A stretch of DNA of 64,000 nt from positions 28,706,001-28,770,000 of the forward strand of contig OZ024751.1 in NCBI GenBank assembly GCA_964016885.1, read 5' to 3'. The notes beneath the pieces are model-generated. The model had not been told where the DNA came from and made no database searches. It saw nothing but the letters and a program-made list of their open reading frames with translations. This DNA is from Eledone cirrhosa. Its lineage: Eukaryota. This document shows positions 29,075 through 40,869 of the stretch, in pieces. Each line of letters begins with the position of its first letter. The first letter of the stretch is position 1. The position numbers and the translations under genes were made by a program.

Positions 29075-29136
29075 TATTCTATTATATATATTTCAAGGGT
29101 ACCAAAAACTTTGGTACGTTTTCATCAGATAAAATA
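29075..29136 (-). ncRNA. Minimal type-I hammerhead ribozyme (left arm)
   Basis: Minus strand: tattttat CTGATGA aaacgtacc aaagttttt ggtaccctt GAAA tatata TA atagaata. Helix I has 8 bp including one G-U pair. Confidence 0.78.
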
Positions 29137-29259
29137 CAAAGAGTGTTTTATAAATTTTGACATAGCCAAGGAACATACCTCATCAGTTGACTATCCAAGG
29201 AAAATTCAACTGATGAGGTATGTTCCTTGGCTATGTCAAAATTTATAAAACACTCTTTG

Positions 29260-29321
29260 TATTTCATCTGATGAAAGCGTACCAAAGTTTTTGGTACCCT
29301 TGAAATATATATAATAGAATA
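29260..29321 (+). ncRNA. Minimal type-I hammerhead ribozyme (right arm)
   Basis: tatttcat CTGATGA aagcgtacc aaagttttt ggtaccctt GAAA tatata TA atagaata. Intact core, stem II, palindromic helix III (UAUAUA), AUA cleavage triplet, and helix I with one mismatch. Confidence 0.8.
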
Positions 29322-29438
29322 AATATGGTTTTATAAATATAGTTTCCATTTATTTAATATCATTGTATATATATATATGTATAAACGTGTATATATATAT
29401 ATATATATATACACTATTTCACCAGATCTGGTGAAATA

Positions 29439-31568
29439 GTGGAGATGCTGGAGAGAAGGCATGTGGATGTGTGCCGCGTGCAAGAGGTGAGATGGAGAAG
29501 TGCCTCTGCGAGACTAGTCGCAGGCAAGCATCTTAGCTATAAGCTTTTCTGGGTAGGTAAGGATGATGGGTTGGGGGGAGTAGGCATTTTCCTGGCTGAG
29601 AGATGGATCAATAAGACAATAGAGGTAGATCGAGTTAATAATCGAATAATTAAGCTTAGATTAGTTGTAGGCAGGAGACTACTGACAATCATCTCTGCCT
29701 ATGCTCCCCAAGTAGGCCTAGGCAAAGAAGAGAAAGACTGCTTTTACGAGCAACTTTTACAAACAGCCGCAATGACAGAGGACGGAGACATCGTTATGCT
29801 AGCAGGGGACTTCAATGGTCATGTTGGACAGCTCCAGGATGGTTACACTGGGGTACATGGTGGGCACAGTTATGGCTCAAGAAATGAAGAAGGAGTGAGA
29901 CTTCTTGAATTTTGTGATGCAAGTACATTGACTATTTGCAACACTAACTTCCAGAAACCTGCCAACCACCTAATAACCTACAAATCAGGCGAGCACATAA
30001 ACCAGATTGAATTCTTACTAATTAGGCAGCAGAACAGGCAGATGGTGTCAAATACCAAGGCATACCCTGAGGAAGAATGTACCCCACAGCACAGGTTAGT
30101 TGTTAGTGATATCTCAGTAAGCAAGAGATGGAATGAGACATACAGGAAGGTGTGGAGAAGAAAGGTCTGGAAGCTAAAAGACCTTTCACTAAAATACAAA
30201 TTTAGGAAAGCCCTTCAAGATGTGTATGACGAAAAAGAAGACGATTTAGAGTCGTATGACATAGAAAATAACTGGAATTTCTTACGTGACAACTTACTGC
30301 AGGCTACTGATGAAACATGTGGCTGGAGCAGAGCTCCAACCAGACAGAGAGTGACCTGGTGGTGGAACAGCACAGTAGATAGGGCCATTAGAGACAAAAG
30401 ACTAGCATGGAAGGCTTGGAAAAAGGGTGGGAGTAGAGAAGGATATACAGCCGCTAAGAGAGAAGCTAGACATCAGGTGTACTTAGCACGCAGGGAGGCT
30501 GAGAGTAGGAGGTTTGCCAATGTTCTGCGACGGGAAGATCAGAGGCGTGCGGTGTTCCACATTGCAAGGCAGTGTGTCAATGCAAATCAGGATGTTGTTG
30601 GAGATAAATGTGTCCGGAATGATGCCGGTGTACTTAGTGTCACAAATGATCAGAAAAAGGAGGCCTGGAAATGTCATTATGAGAGACTGATGAATGTGGA
30701 GAACGAATGGGAGAGAGAGAAATTACCCTCAGTAGATCCGACAGAGGGACCAGCTATTGAGATTGACGAATATAGGGTCCAAGAGGCGATTAAGGAAATG
30801 AAAAATGGTAAGGCTGCTGGACCGTCGGAGATAGTTGCTGAGATGCTGAAGGCATCAGGGGACGTAGGCACTAAACTCGTTGCATGCATCATCAATCAGG
30901 CTATATATGGTGGTGTCATACCCAAAGACTGGTGCAGCAGTATTCTCATAAATTGCTACAAAGGTAAAGGGGATGCTCTGGAGAGGAGCAATTATAGGGG
31001 CATAAAACTGATGGATCAGGTTATGAAAGTGGCAGAAAGGATATTAGCACAACTAATTAGAGAAAGAGTCAAACTAGATGAGATGCAGTTTGGTTTTGTG
31101 CCTGGGAAAAGTACAACAGATGCCCTCTTCTTGGTGAGACAATTACAAGAGAGGTTCTTAGAGAAGAATAAGCCACTATACTTAGCTTTTGTTGACCTAG
31201 AGAAGACCTTTGATAGCGTACGCCGATCTGTCATCTGGTGGTCCCTAAGGAAACTAGGTGTTCAGGAATGGCTTGTGAGGACAGTGCAAACTTTGTACAG
31301 AGGTGCTGCCAGTAAAGTGAGGGTAGGAATGGAGTTTAGTGAGGAATTCCAGATACAAGTAGGAGTACATCAAGGTTCGATCCTCAGCCCGTTCTTGTTC
31401 ATTATAGTCCTCCAAGCCATAACAGAGGAGTTTAAGACTGGCTGTCCATGGGAACTTCTCTATGCTGACGATCTGGTTCTTATAGCAGAATCAGAGGAGG
31501 AGCTAGAGAATAAATTCTGGCTATGGAAACAGCAGTTGGAAGCAAGAGGACAGAGTGAACCTGGCTAA
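29439..31568 (+). pseudogene. RTE ORF main segment: AP endonuclease plus reverse transcriptase (709 aa open frame)
   Basis: YADD is encoded at 31461-31472. The frame breaks near 31550, where the expected GLRVNL continues in another frame as VNLAKTKVLM. Confidence 0.92.
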
Positions 31569-32321
31569 GACAAAAGTGTTGATGAGTAGAAAAGAGGACA
31601 AAACTCTGATTCTGTCAGGGAAATGGCCATGTTCGATATGCAGAAAAGGAACTGGCATAAATTCTATAAAATGCACACAATGCAGATCCTGGGTACACAA
31701 GAGATGTAGTGGGATAGCAGGCAAACTAACAGGTAGGGAGAAATACGTATGCAGTAGATGACAGTAGAAGTCGCATTGATAGACACATTTTTCAAATGCA
31801 AGCGGGTGCTATAGAAGTGGTGGATAGCTTCCATGGAGGGGGGGGGGGTGTTCCGAGGCCATAGTATCTAGAATAAGGACGGGTTGGAAGAAGTTTAGGG
31901 AGCTGCTTCCTCTGCTGACAAAGAAGGGTTTCTCCCTGTGTACGAAGCCTGTGTGAGGAGCGCGATGCTGCATGGTAGTGAGACATGGGCAGCAACTGCA
32001 GAGGATATGCGACGGCTGGAGAGAAATGAGGCAAGCATGCTCCGTTGGATGTGCAATGTCAATGTGCATGAACGACCCAGCATGGATGTGTTGAGAGAGA
32101 AACTATGTCTGAGAGGGATAGAATGTAGTGTACGGGAGAGGAGACTGAGGTGGTATGGACATGTGATGTGCATGGAGGATGACCGATGGGTGAAGAAGTG
32201 CCAGGAAATGCCAGATGAAGGAAGGCGTGGTAGAGGTAGACCACAAAAAACATGGGTGGAGGTGGTGAGAACAGACCTCAGATCGCTGAAGCTCACGGAG
32301 GAGATGACGAAGGACGCGTGA
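31555..32321 (+). pseudogene. RTE ORF C-terminal segments (Cys/His finger and C-terminus), disrupted
   Basis: WPCSIC..CTQC..WVHKRC..VCSR ends at a TGA stop (31759-31761). A G-run lies at about 31835-31848. The frame then resumes as YEACVRSAMLHGSETW...RRLRWYGHV. Confidence 0.88.
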
Positions 32322-32956
32322 CAAGTGGAGAGATGCTGTGCTGAATAAGACCCGTCCCACCCTTGCAAGCAGGGAAAAGCGGACATAAAATGATGATGAT
32401 GATGATGATGATGATGATAACATATATATATACACGCACACATATATATATACATATGTATACAGAGAAAGAAACAGAGAGTGGAGCCATACTCTGTAGT
32501 GGAATAAATGTGGAGGTCATTAGATTTGTCGAAGAAGAAGTAGATGTGTTATCAAGACCGGAAATGATATGGAAAACATCATTAATGAAGTTAAACACAA
32601 ACACTAACACACACATACAAACACACAAACATACAAAACATATAAATAAATATATAAATAAAGATAATGGAGTTTTGAGTGATGAGCTAATGGAATGTAA
32701 GAGAGAGAGAGAGAGGGAGAGAGGGACGGGGAAATAGCCAAACACCATGGTGGTGATGGTGGTGTGGGCGGTGGAGAGGAGAGGGGGAGGGGGATTGATT
32801 GATGAATAACTGTCAGTCTGGGGGAGTTTAGCGATTAAGTTATTGTGATAAAGTCTGTCAAAGACTTAGGCTGCTATCAAAGACAGCAATCTTGTCCTTC
32901 ATTAATTTTAAAATCCACAAGTTGAACTTGAGAGAGAGAGAGAGAGAGGGAGGGTG

Positions 32957-33000
<44 letters not shown>

Positions 33001-33279
33001 GGTAAGAGAGAGATAGGGTAAGAGATAGAGGAAAGATAGAAATGGGGGGAGGGGGTGAGAGATAGAGACAGAGCTTAAGAGGGTGTTCAGTAATGTATGA
33101 AGTTTGAGAGGTGAGAAATATTGTAAAAGAGTTGATATTATTGAAGTGGTGAAGACAGTTTCTGGTCAAAGAGGGTTAATATTATAGTGATAAACACATA
33201 GATTCTTGAGAAAGACATGTTAGAATGGGGTGAATATATTGGGAAAGATTATTGTGTGAAGAGTGAACAATTATGGAAA

Positions 33280-33710
33280 AATTCTGGTGAGAGGGGTGTT
33301 GGTCTGAGGTGAACATTTTGGAAAAGATTCTGGCAAGATGGGTGTTGGTCTTGGGTAAATATTTTGGAAAGATTCTGATGAAGGAGGCGTTGTTCTCAGG
33401 TGAACATTTTGGAAAAGATTCTGGCAAGATGGGTGTTGGTCTTGGGTAAATATTTTGGAAAGATTCTGATGAAGGAGGCGTTGTTCTCAGGTGAACATTT
33501 TGGAAAAGATTCTGGCAAGATGGGTGTTGGTCTTGGGTAAATATTTTGGAAAGATTCTGATGAAGGAGGCGTTGTTCTCAGGTGAACATTTTGGAAAAGA
33601 TTCTGACGAGAGGAGTGTCAGTCTTGTGTAGATATTTTGGAAATATTCTAGTAAAGGAGGCATGGTCTGGGGTGAACATTTTGGAAAAGATTCTAGTGAG
33701 AGATGTGTTG
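33280..33710 (+). repeat. 91-bp tandem repeat built from two related ~45-bp subunits
   Basis: aggtgaacattttggaaaagattct recurs at 33307, 33398, 33489 and 33580. Confidence 0.93.
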
Positions 33711-34291
33711 GTTAAACAGTAAAAATAAAACCCCCAAATTCTTAAAGCAGTAATCCATATTTTATTAGAGCCTGGGCTGTATGAACTCATGGCAGGACCT
33801 CTATGTTTCTGGATATTAACGTCCCCCACTCCATCTAGCACTTCAATGTCTCAACAAAAAAATAAAGAATAAATAAATGAACAAATGAATTAATAAATAA
33901 AAGAATTAAAAATATACTAAAAATAAAAATACAAAAAATTGATGTTCCTAGTCAGCTTTATGAATAATATGGCCCTGGTTAAAACCTATTATAATCCAAT
34001 TCCACTTTAGGGTATTCTCAAAAGAAAAACCAGAGATATGGTTATTTTACTAAGGCTGTCTTTTCTTTTCTTTATTATTGCATTTCATTCTATTTTTCAA
34101 AGCAAAGGTAAACTAAAGCTCTTCCTTCATCCTATCCATTTAAATGGAAACTGTCAACCATTATTCCAGTAAGGAGAGAAAAGCATTTAACCCGTTTTAC
34201 CCAAAACATATAGACATAAATACACCAATGTTTGGATGTGACGTTTCTTAAGTATTTCAAAAGGATGAGTTAAGTGAAAGTTGACATTGGA

Positions 34292-34332
<41 letters not shown>

Positions 34333-35040
34333 AGGGGAGAGAGAGAGAGAGAGAGAATTCAACAAGAAACTATTTCAGAATTGATTGTAATTTCCCTTGG
34401 TTAAACTTTAATATTATTTACACACAAATCACGCAGACATTCTTCTCAGTTTCAAGATTAAGTTTTTAGTTTTTAAATCCTTCAAGATGAAATATAACTT
34501 ACTGACAATCTTATTTTATTTTATTTATTCTATCTTATTTATTATTATTATTATTATTATTATTTATTTTTTTTTTTTTTGCACAAGAAAGCCAATTTTC
34601 TGAATAAACAATCCAATGATTGGAAAAAAGGAATAAAGGGATCTTCGTCTGTGGGTTTGAGGAGTGAGTGAGAGAAGTGAGGGAGTGTTGTTCCAGTTGG
34701 TTCAATCAATAGAACAGCCTGTTTGTGTATTTCAATAGCTGAAGTATTTATTGTTATTGTTGACACTACCACCTCTCCCTACTTCCTCTCTATCTCCACT
34801 CTGCTTCAACACTCTGCTGCCGCCCCCCAACCCTCCACACAGACATTAGTTAATTGAAAAGCTCTATATATGTTTATTAATAACACATGGTCTGTGACGC
34901 ATGCCAAACTAATCAACTGCTTTGTGTTATGTTGTTTTGTTGTTGTTTTTTCTCTAACATGTCAAAACCATATCCACTAACCCTATCCTATTCACAATTA
35001 ACAAACCAACCTGTTGCCAGCCCATTATTTATATGAATAT

Positions 35041-35457
35041 TAGGGCGGTGGATAGGCAGTATTGGTAGAGCATCAGACACCATGCTTTAAAGCATAGAGT
35101 TATGGCCCTTTACGTTCTGAGTTCGAATCCCACTGAGGTTAGCTTTGCCTTTCATCCTTACAGAGTCGATAAAATAAAGCACCAGTAATGTACTGGGGTG
35201 AATTTAATCGACTTTCCTTTCCCCAAAAAGTTGTTGGTCTTGTGTCTAACTTAGAAGCCATTATTAGTAGGGCAATGGATTGGCAGTATTGGTAGAGCAT
35301 CAGACACCATGCTTTGCAGCATAGAGTTATGGCTCTTTACGTTCTGAGTTCAAATCCCTCCGAGTTTAGCTTTGCCGTTCATCCTTACGGAGTCGATAAA
35401 ATAAAACACCAGTAATGCACTGGGGTAATTGCTGGCTTTGTACCTAAAGTAGAAACA
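35041..35457 (+). mobile_element. Two tandem SINE group A monomers inside one 17-bp TSD
   Basis: Monomers start at about 35042 and 35269. attatttatatgaatat lies at 35024-35040 and 35458-35474. Confidence 0.9.
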
Positions 35458-35644
35458 ATTATTTATATGAATATCACATACAGTGTCTAATATTTGTCAT
35501 TGCATTTATGTTGTTGTTGTTAGTACTGGCAAGGGAGATGGTAGATCGGCAAGGTTGTTGGAGCGTGAAACAAAAATACCATGTAATATTTTTTACAGCT
35601 CTCTAAAGACACCTATGAGCCGAGTGGTGATGTTAAACCAAACA

Positions 35645-36268
35645 GCAGGTTAAGTCTAAACAACCCCAAGATTAAATCTACCTCCTGAGATTAAGTTTAA
35701 ACACCAAGATTAAATCTATATCTTGAGGTTAAATTTAAACACCAAGATTAAATCTACCTCCTGAGGTTAAGTCTAACCCCAAGATTAAATCTATCTCCTG
35801 AAGTTAAGTCTAACCCCAAGATTAAATCTACCTCCTGAGGTTAAGTTTACCATACAAAGTTAAGTCTAATGTTAGATGAAGGCTACCATACAAGTTTAAG
35901 TCTGCAATACATGATTAAGTCTACCATCTAATATTAAGTTAAACATATAAGAATATGTCTAATTCTCAAATTTAAGTCAAACACCCAGGGTTAAGTCTTC
36001 CACCTAAGGTTAATTTAAGTCTACAACCCAAGATTAAGTATATCACAGAGTATTACATCTACCACCCAAGATCAAGTCAACCACCCAAGGTTAAGTCTAC
36101 CACCCAAGATTAAGTCTACCACCCAAGATTAAGTCTACAAACCAAGGTTAAGTCTACCACCCAAGATTAAGTCTACAAACCAAGGTTAAGTCTACAACCC
36201 AAGATTAAGTCTACAACCCAAAGTTAAGTTTACAAACCAAGGTTAAGTCTAATTCCCAATATTAAGTC
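35645..36268 (+). repeat. Degenerate ~19-bp minisatellite
   Basis: Unit acccaag(a/g)ttaagtctac(c/a), most homogeneous at 36080-36250. Confidence 0.9.
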
Positions 36269-36876
36269 ATGTAAAAAGATGATAATGGTGATGATGATTA
36301 TTTAGAATAATATTTATTAACACCATTTCTTTTATATGTTAATTCTTTTGCTATCAACTCGGTCAAAACCAGTTCTGGTTCTATGAAACAAAATCACCCA
36401 TTTTAAAGGATTCCCATTTGAATTAAAACCGTCTAACATAATTTTATACAAAAAAAAAAAAGACATTTTCTTAAGTTATACTATAAATACTATTTTTACA
36501 CTTTTAGTAAATTCCTCCAAATTCTTCATTAATTATTTGAAACATTCTGTAAAAATATGGTAATGAAAGTGTTATAAAATCTAAAATAAAAATTTCAAAA
36601 TTTCAAATTTCAACAGGTTTAAAAAAGAAAAAATTATTGTATGCTAGCAAAAAGAAGTAGTGTATTTAGTTGGTGTTCTATGACCAATAGAGTAATTTTA
36701 AATCAGCATAGCGAACTAATAAGCATGAGATGTTAATTATTCTGCCATGGAGAAAAGACCTTAAAAAGACTATCCAAGTTTTTGACCTTTATAATAAATG
36801 GTGCCATATATTAAGGGTAAAAGATGTGTATAGTAGAACTGAGGTGGAATTTTGAAATAATGATTTAGTAATTAGA

Positions 36877-36962
<86 letters not shown>

Positions 36963-38049
36963 GTAACATAATAAAGAATAATTTTTATTAGCCACAAGGG
37001 TGCATAGCATTGAAATTAAATATATAACAACACTAATGATACGACTACCACAACTAGTAGTAGTAGTAGTATAAATAATAATCATAATGATTTCATTTAT
37101 TGGCCACAAGGGCGGTAATAATAATAATAATAAAACAGAAAGTAAGTGTGCTCCAGAGAGAGAGGTTTATCAAATTATTAAAGTGGCAGCGGGTGGTGGT
37201 GGGGGGTAGCAGTGGAGGAATGGAGAGGGAGTAAGGGACAAAAGGGAGTTAGGTGTGTGTGCGAGGGGTGAGGTGGGGTAAGGGACTTGAAGAACTCAGA
37301 ATTAGAAAAAGATATAATCTTTAAAAAAAAAAAAATCATAATGTTCCTTATTATGAAATAAAAACAACCCCTTCTAAAAACTCAAACAAACGCAAGACTA
37401 TAACCTTTTCAAATTCTCATGGTCTCCCTGAGGATAGTTATTCACTTCATTGGATATATTACATCAATATTAAGAATGAGCAAACGAATGAGATTAAAGT
37501 TATTCATATTTGTTTCGTTTTTTTAATTTAATTTTATTCTATTTTATTTTATTTTTAGTTGAACTATTTTATGTTGTTTTGGGCTTTCAATTTTTTGGGT
37601 TTTTTTTAACAATGGAATTTGCTCATTTCAACTCTTCCATTGCCTCAAGATGCAGTTATAATCTTAATGTTATATAAATTTTATAGCAGAGCTAGAACAT
37701 AGGTTTAATTCTTTACACATTGTATTCACACACATATTATATATATATATATATATATAGTATATGGTAGTACAACCTTTCCAAGTAAGGAGAAAGTATG
37801 TAAAATTATGGTGATATATATATATTATGTATATATTGTATTATGTATTATCATCATCATCTTCATTTAATATCCACTTTCCATGCTAGCAAAGGTTGGA
37901 CTCATTGTTGGTTTCGTGCAAAATTATGAAAATGATCGATACGTATGTGATAGAAATGTGTAAAGTCTTTCATAATTGTGGAAAGACATTCAATGATGAT
38001 GGTCATTTCTCCACCTCGCCCTGAGATAACTAATAAAATAAACATAAAT

Positions 38050-38495
38050 ATAGATCTGAACATCGACTGAATCTATACCGCACATCTGTTGAGATCAACT
38101 TATTTGTACCACACATCTGTTGAGATCAATTTGTTGATCCACATATCTGCAGATCAAATTATCTATGCCACATATCTGTTGGACTACATCTGGAGATCAA
38201 CTTATCTATACCACAGATCAATTGAATCTAAACCACACATCTGCTGAGATCAAATAATCGATCTACATATCTGCAGATCAAATTATCTATGCCACATATC
38301 TGTTGGATGTTTCTGGAGATCAACTTATCTATACCACAAATCAACTGAATCACTGTCAGAGATCTAGAGGTCAACCTATCTATACTATCTATCTAATGAT
38401 CAACTCAATCTATGCCACAAATCTGAAGATCAACTAAATCTGTCTCATATATCTGTTGGAATGAATCTGAAGATCAACTTATCTGGCAACAGAAT
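38050..38495 (+). repeat. Degenerate tandem repeat (acatctg..gagatcaacttatctat)
   Basis: Recurring agatcaa and ccaca.atctg motifs, with a ~122-bp near-duplication at 38139 and 38262. Confidence 0.75.
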
Positions 38496-38798
38496 CAATT
38501 AATTCGGAGCAAATTAAACCAGGACTAGAGACTCACTGCGACAGCTAACACAACTAACTGACGAATCCAAACAACTAAAGAATGGAAAACTTTTTCAGAA
38601 CATTCCTATATTTCCATGGCTAGAATTACAAATTAGTTGAAAGTTCAATAGCAACATAGAAAGCCAACTGTTGGATTAAACAGGGAAAAAAACAAGATCA
38701 TAACAACAAATCCTACAGACTAATCCATTAACGGGCAGCTGGCGCATTAAAACAGTTGTTGCAGAGGGAAGATTTAGCTGTCAAGCACACACAGACAC

Positions 38799-38829
<31 letters not shown>

Positions 38830-38897
38830 TATATATACTCAACACTAATATATATGATATGGCCTAGCTATCATTACCATTGCACATTGAATGTTTT

Positions 38898-38951
<54 letters not shown>

Positions 38952-39147
38952 AGCAAGAGAGAGAGAGAGAGAGAGAGGGAGAAAGAGGGAGACAGGCAGA
39001 GAACAAAAAGCTTGTCTTCTGTAGCAGCCTAGCTATCATCTGTAGACTCTCACAGACAATAATTGTAGCAAACTCATTATAGTTCACTGGGGCTTTTAGA
39101 AAACTATCATATGAATGTGTATGTACATGTTTTCATTTATTTCTTAT

Positions 39148-39185
<38 letters not shown>

Positions 39186-39190
39186 GTGTA

Positions 39191-39236
<46 letters not shown>

Positions 39237-39660
39237 TATTTATGTAAGAGTCCTTTCATTAAACATCTGTTGTCTTCCATATTATTCAAGTGTTAGACGT
39301 GCATGCGTCTAGGTTGTTACATCTGTCACCAAAATGAATTTCACAAAAAAAATTTAAATATACAGTACAGTTGAAGGCTTTGGAAATGGTTGCTCTTCTT
39401 GTAAAGTTGACATCAGGAAAGGTATATATCATTATGTAGTGAAACCAACCCTAAAACAAGTTGGTTTGCTGGAGCAGAAGTTAGATCCTTGACAGGAAAT
39501 GGACTCAACACTAACTCTTTTGATACCAGCGAGCAGAGAAAGCAGACGTTAAAACAATGATGGTGATGATGATGATGATGATGATATATATAGTGTAGGT
39601 GATTCGTTTCTTCTAATATTATATATATATATATATAATTATATATATATAATAATAATA

Positions 39661-39811
39661 ATTATGAAGACTAAAATCCAAAGAGAGCTAGATAAGGATT
39701 ATATATATATAAAATATATATATATATTAAACAGATAGAGCAAATAACTATTATTTGTACAGATTAAAGTTTAAGCAAAGAATCACTGCTTTCACCCTTT
39801 TCAAGGATCTT
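39661..39811 (-). mobile_element. Second, short 3'-terminal copy of the Penelope-like element, truncated inside the hammerhead core
   Basis: gaagactaaaatccaaagag...cagattaaagtttaagcaaagaatc.ctgctttcaccctt matches 21134-21269. Confidence 0.8.
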
Positions 39812-39898
39812 ATATGTAAATTAGGATAGATTCAGTAAGAAACTGGTTAGACCATTACTCACCAGAGTACTCGATACTTGGGATTGTAGCGTGTGGTT

Positions 39899-39989
39899 AT
39901 ATGAATGAGTCAGTCAGGACTCCGACAGCTGGAACTAGCTGTGTAAAAGGCAGGAGCTCAGCCGTTGGGGTCCTGACTCATTCACATAT
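39899..39989. repeat. Short inverted-repeat (MITE-like) hairpin
   Basis: tgaatgagtca..gtcaggactccgacagctg pairs with cagccgttggggtcctgactcattca. Confidence 0.7.
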
Positions 39990-40099
39990 ACATATATATG
40001 ATAGTAGAACACTGGAGGGTTATATCCGTAGTAGTAGAGCACTCAGTCCATGGGACGAGTTTGGTAGAAGTGGTTCCACAACAGTTAGTTCACCGTTTC

Positions 40100-40138
40100 T
40101 GAGAACAATTGTTTCACTTTATTCGGATCATCAGCTCA
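40100..40138 (-). ncRNA. Minimal hammerhead ribozyme (left arm)
   Basis: Minus strand: tgag CTGATGA tccgaataaagt GAAA caattg TT ctca. Palindromic helix III (CAAUUG), GUU triplet, 4-bp helix I and a weak stem II. Confidence 0.65.
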
Positions 40139-40141
40139 TCT

Positions 40142-40177
40142 GCTGATGATCCGAATAAGGTGAAACAATTGTTCTCA
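40142..40177 (+). ncRNA. Minimal hammerhead core (right arm; 5' strand of helix I truncated)
   Basis: g CTGATGA tcc gaataa ggt GAAA caattg TT ctca. Confidence 0.6.
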
Positions 40178-40208
40178 GAAATGGTGAACTAACTAGTGTG
40201 GAACTACT

Positions 40209-40249
<41 letters not shown>

Positions 40250-40815
40250 GTTGTTCTCAAGAAAATGGAAGCATAGCATTGTCTTAATAAAATACAAACG
40301 AAATATCTGAAGACATTTGCCCTCACACAATTATAACTCTTAAAATAATTCCTTCAGGAGACATTTTGTTTTTTTACACCGTATATATGTGTATGTGTAT
40401 ATGTGTATGTATGTATGTGTTTATGTGTATGTGTATGTGTCTGTAGCAAAACCAAACAACAACAAAAAATAAAAAAGGCAATTGGAGGAATTTAAAGAGT
40501 TATAACTGGAGATTATTTCACTAAAGAACTGAGGATTTTGTAGGAGATGGGTGGATAAATGAAGGTATCTGTGATCCTAAATGGGATGATGCTGTGTGAG
40601 GGCTGATGGGTTTGGGTGGTGCTGGTGGTGGTGGCGGCAGTGATGTGTAGGTAGAGGGGTAAGGAGAGAGTGAGAAATAGAGAAATAGACATTGAAGATG
40701 ATAATGATGATGAGGGTGGTGGTGGAGAGAGATTCAACAGATATTTATTTGCTGCAGGGTTAGGGAAAGAAATTATATATTTCAAATGTAAGCTTAACAA
40801 TTGTGTTTTATAGTT

Positions 40816-40869
<54 letters not shown>

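Larger units (their letters stand above)
29010..29390. repeat. Long fold-back palindrome (arms about 180 bp, 15-nt loop at 29191-29205)
   Basis: 29010-29190 is the reverse complement of 29206-29390, with two substitutions and a (TA) length difference. Both ends run into (TA)n. Confidence 0.97.
29412..32416 (+). mobile_element. RTE-clade non-LTR retrotransposon (LINE), 5'-truncated and decayed
   Basis: AP-endonuclease motifs (QEVRW, SAYAPQ, AGDFNGHVG), RT motifs (NYRGIKL, QFGF, AFVDLEKTFD, GVHQGSILSP, LLYADD) and RTE-type C-terminus (RRLRWYGHV, RGRGRP). The 3' UTR stem-loop CCTTGC-AA-GCAGGG is followed by a (TGA)n tail at about 32390-32416. No TSD can be resolved within the flanking (TA)n. 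Confidence 0.95.
40068..40209. repeat. Fold-back palindrome (arms about 68 bp, 6-nt loop at 40136-40141)
   Basis: aagtggttccaca...ggatcatcagc tcatct gctgatgatcc...tgtggaactactt; the right end runs into (TA)n. Confidence 0.95.

Noticed and set aside
29210-29250. Second CTGATGA near the palindrome centre
   Set aside because: It is followed by a wobble-rich stem and AAAA instead of GAAA, with no helix I partner. At best it is a dead remnant.
33375-33600. CTGATGA repeated in the 91-bp tandem unit, suggesting a tandem retrozyme
   Set aside because: No GAAA closes a stem II (it reads GAAC), there is no helix III or helix I pairing, and the sister subunit lacks the motif.
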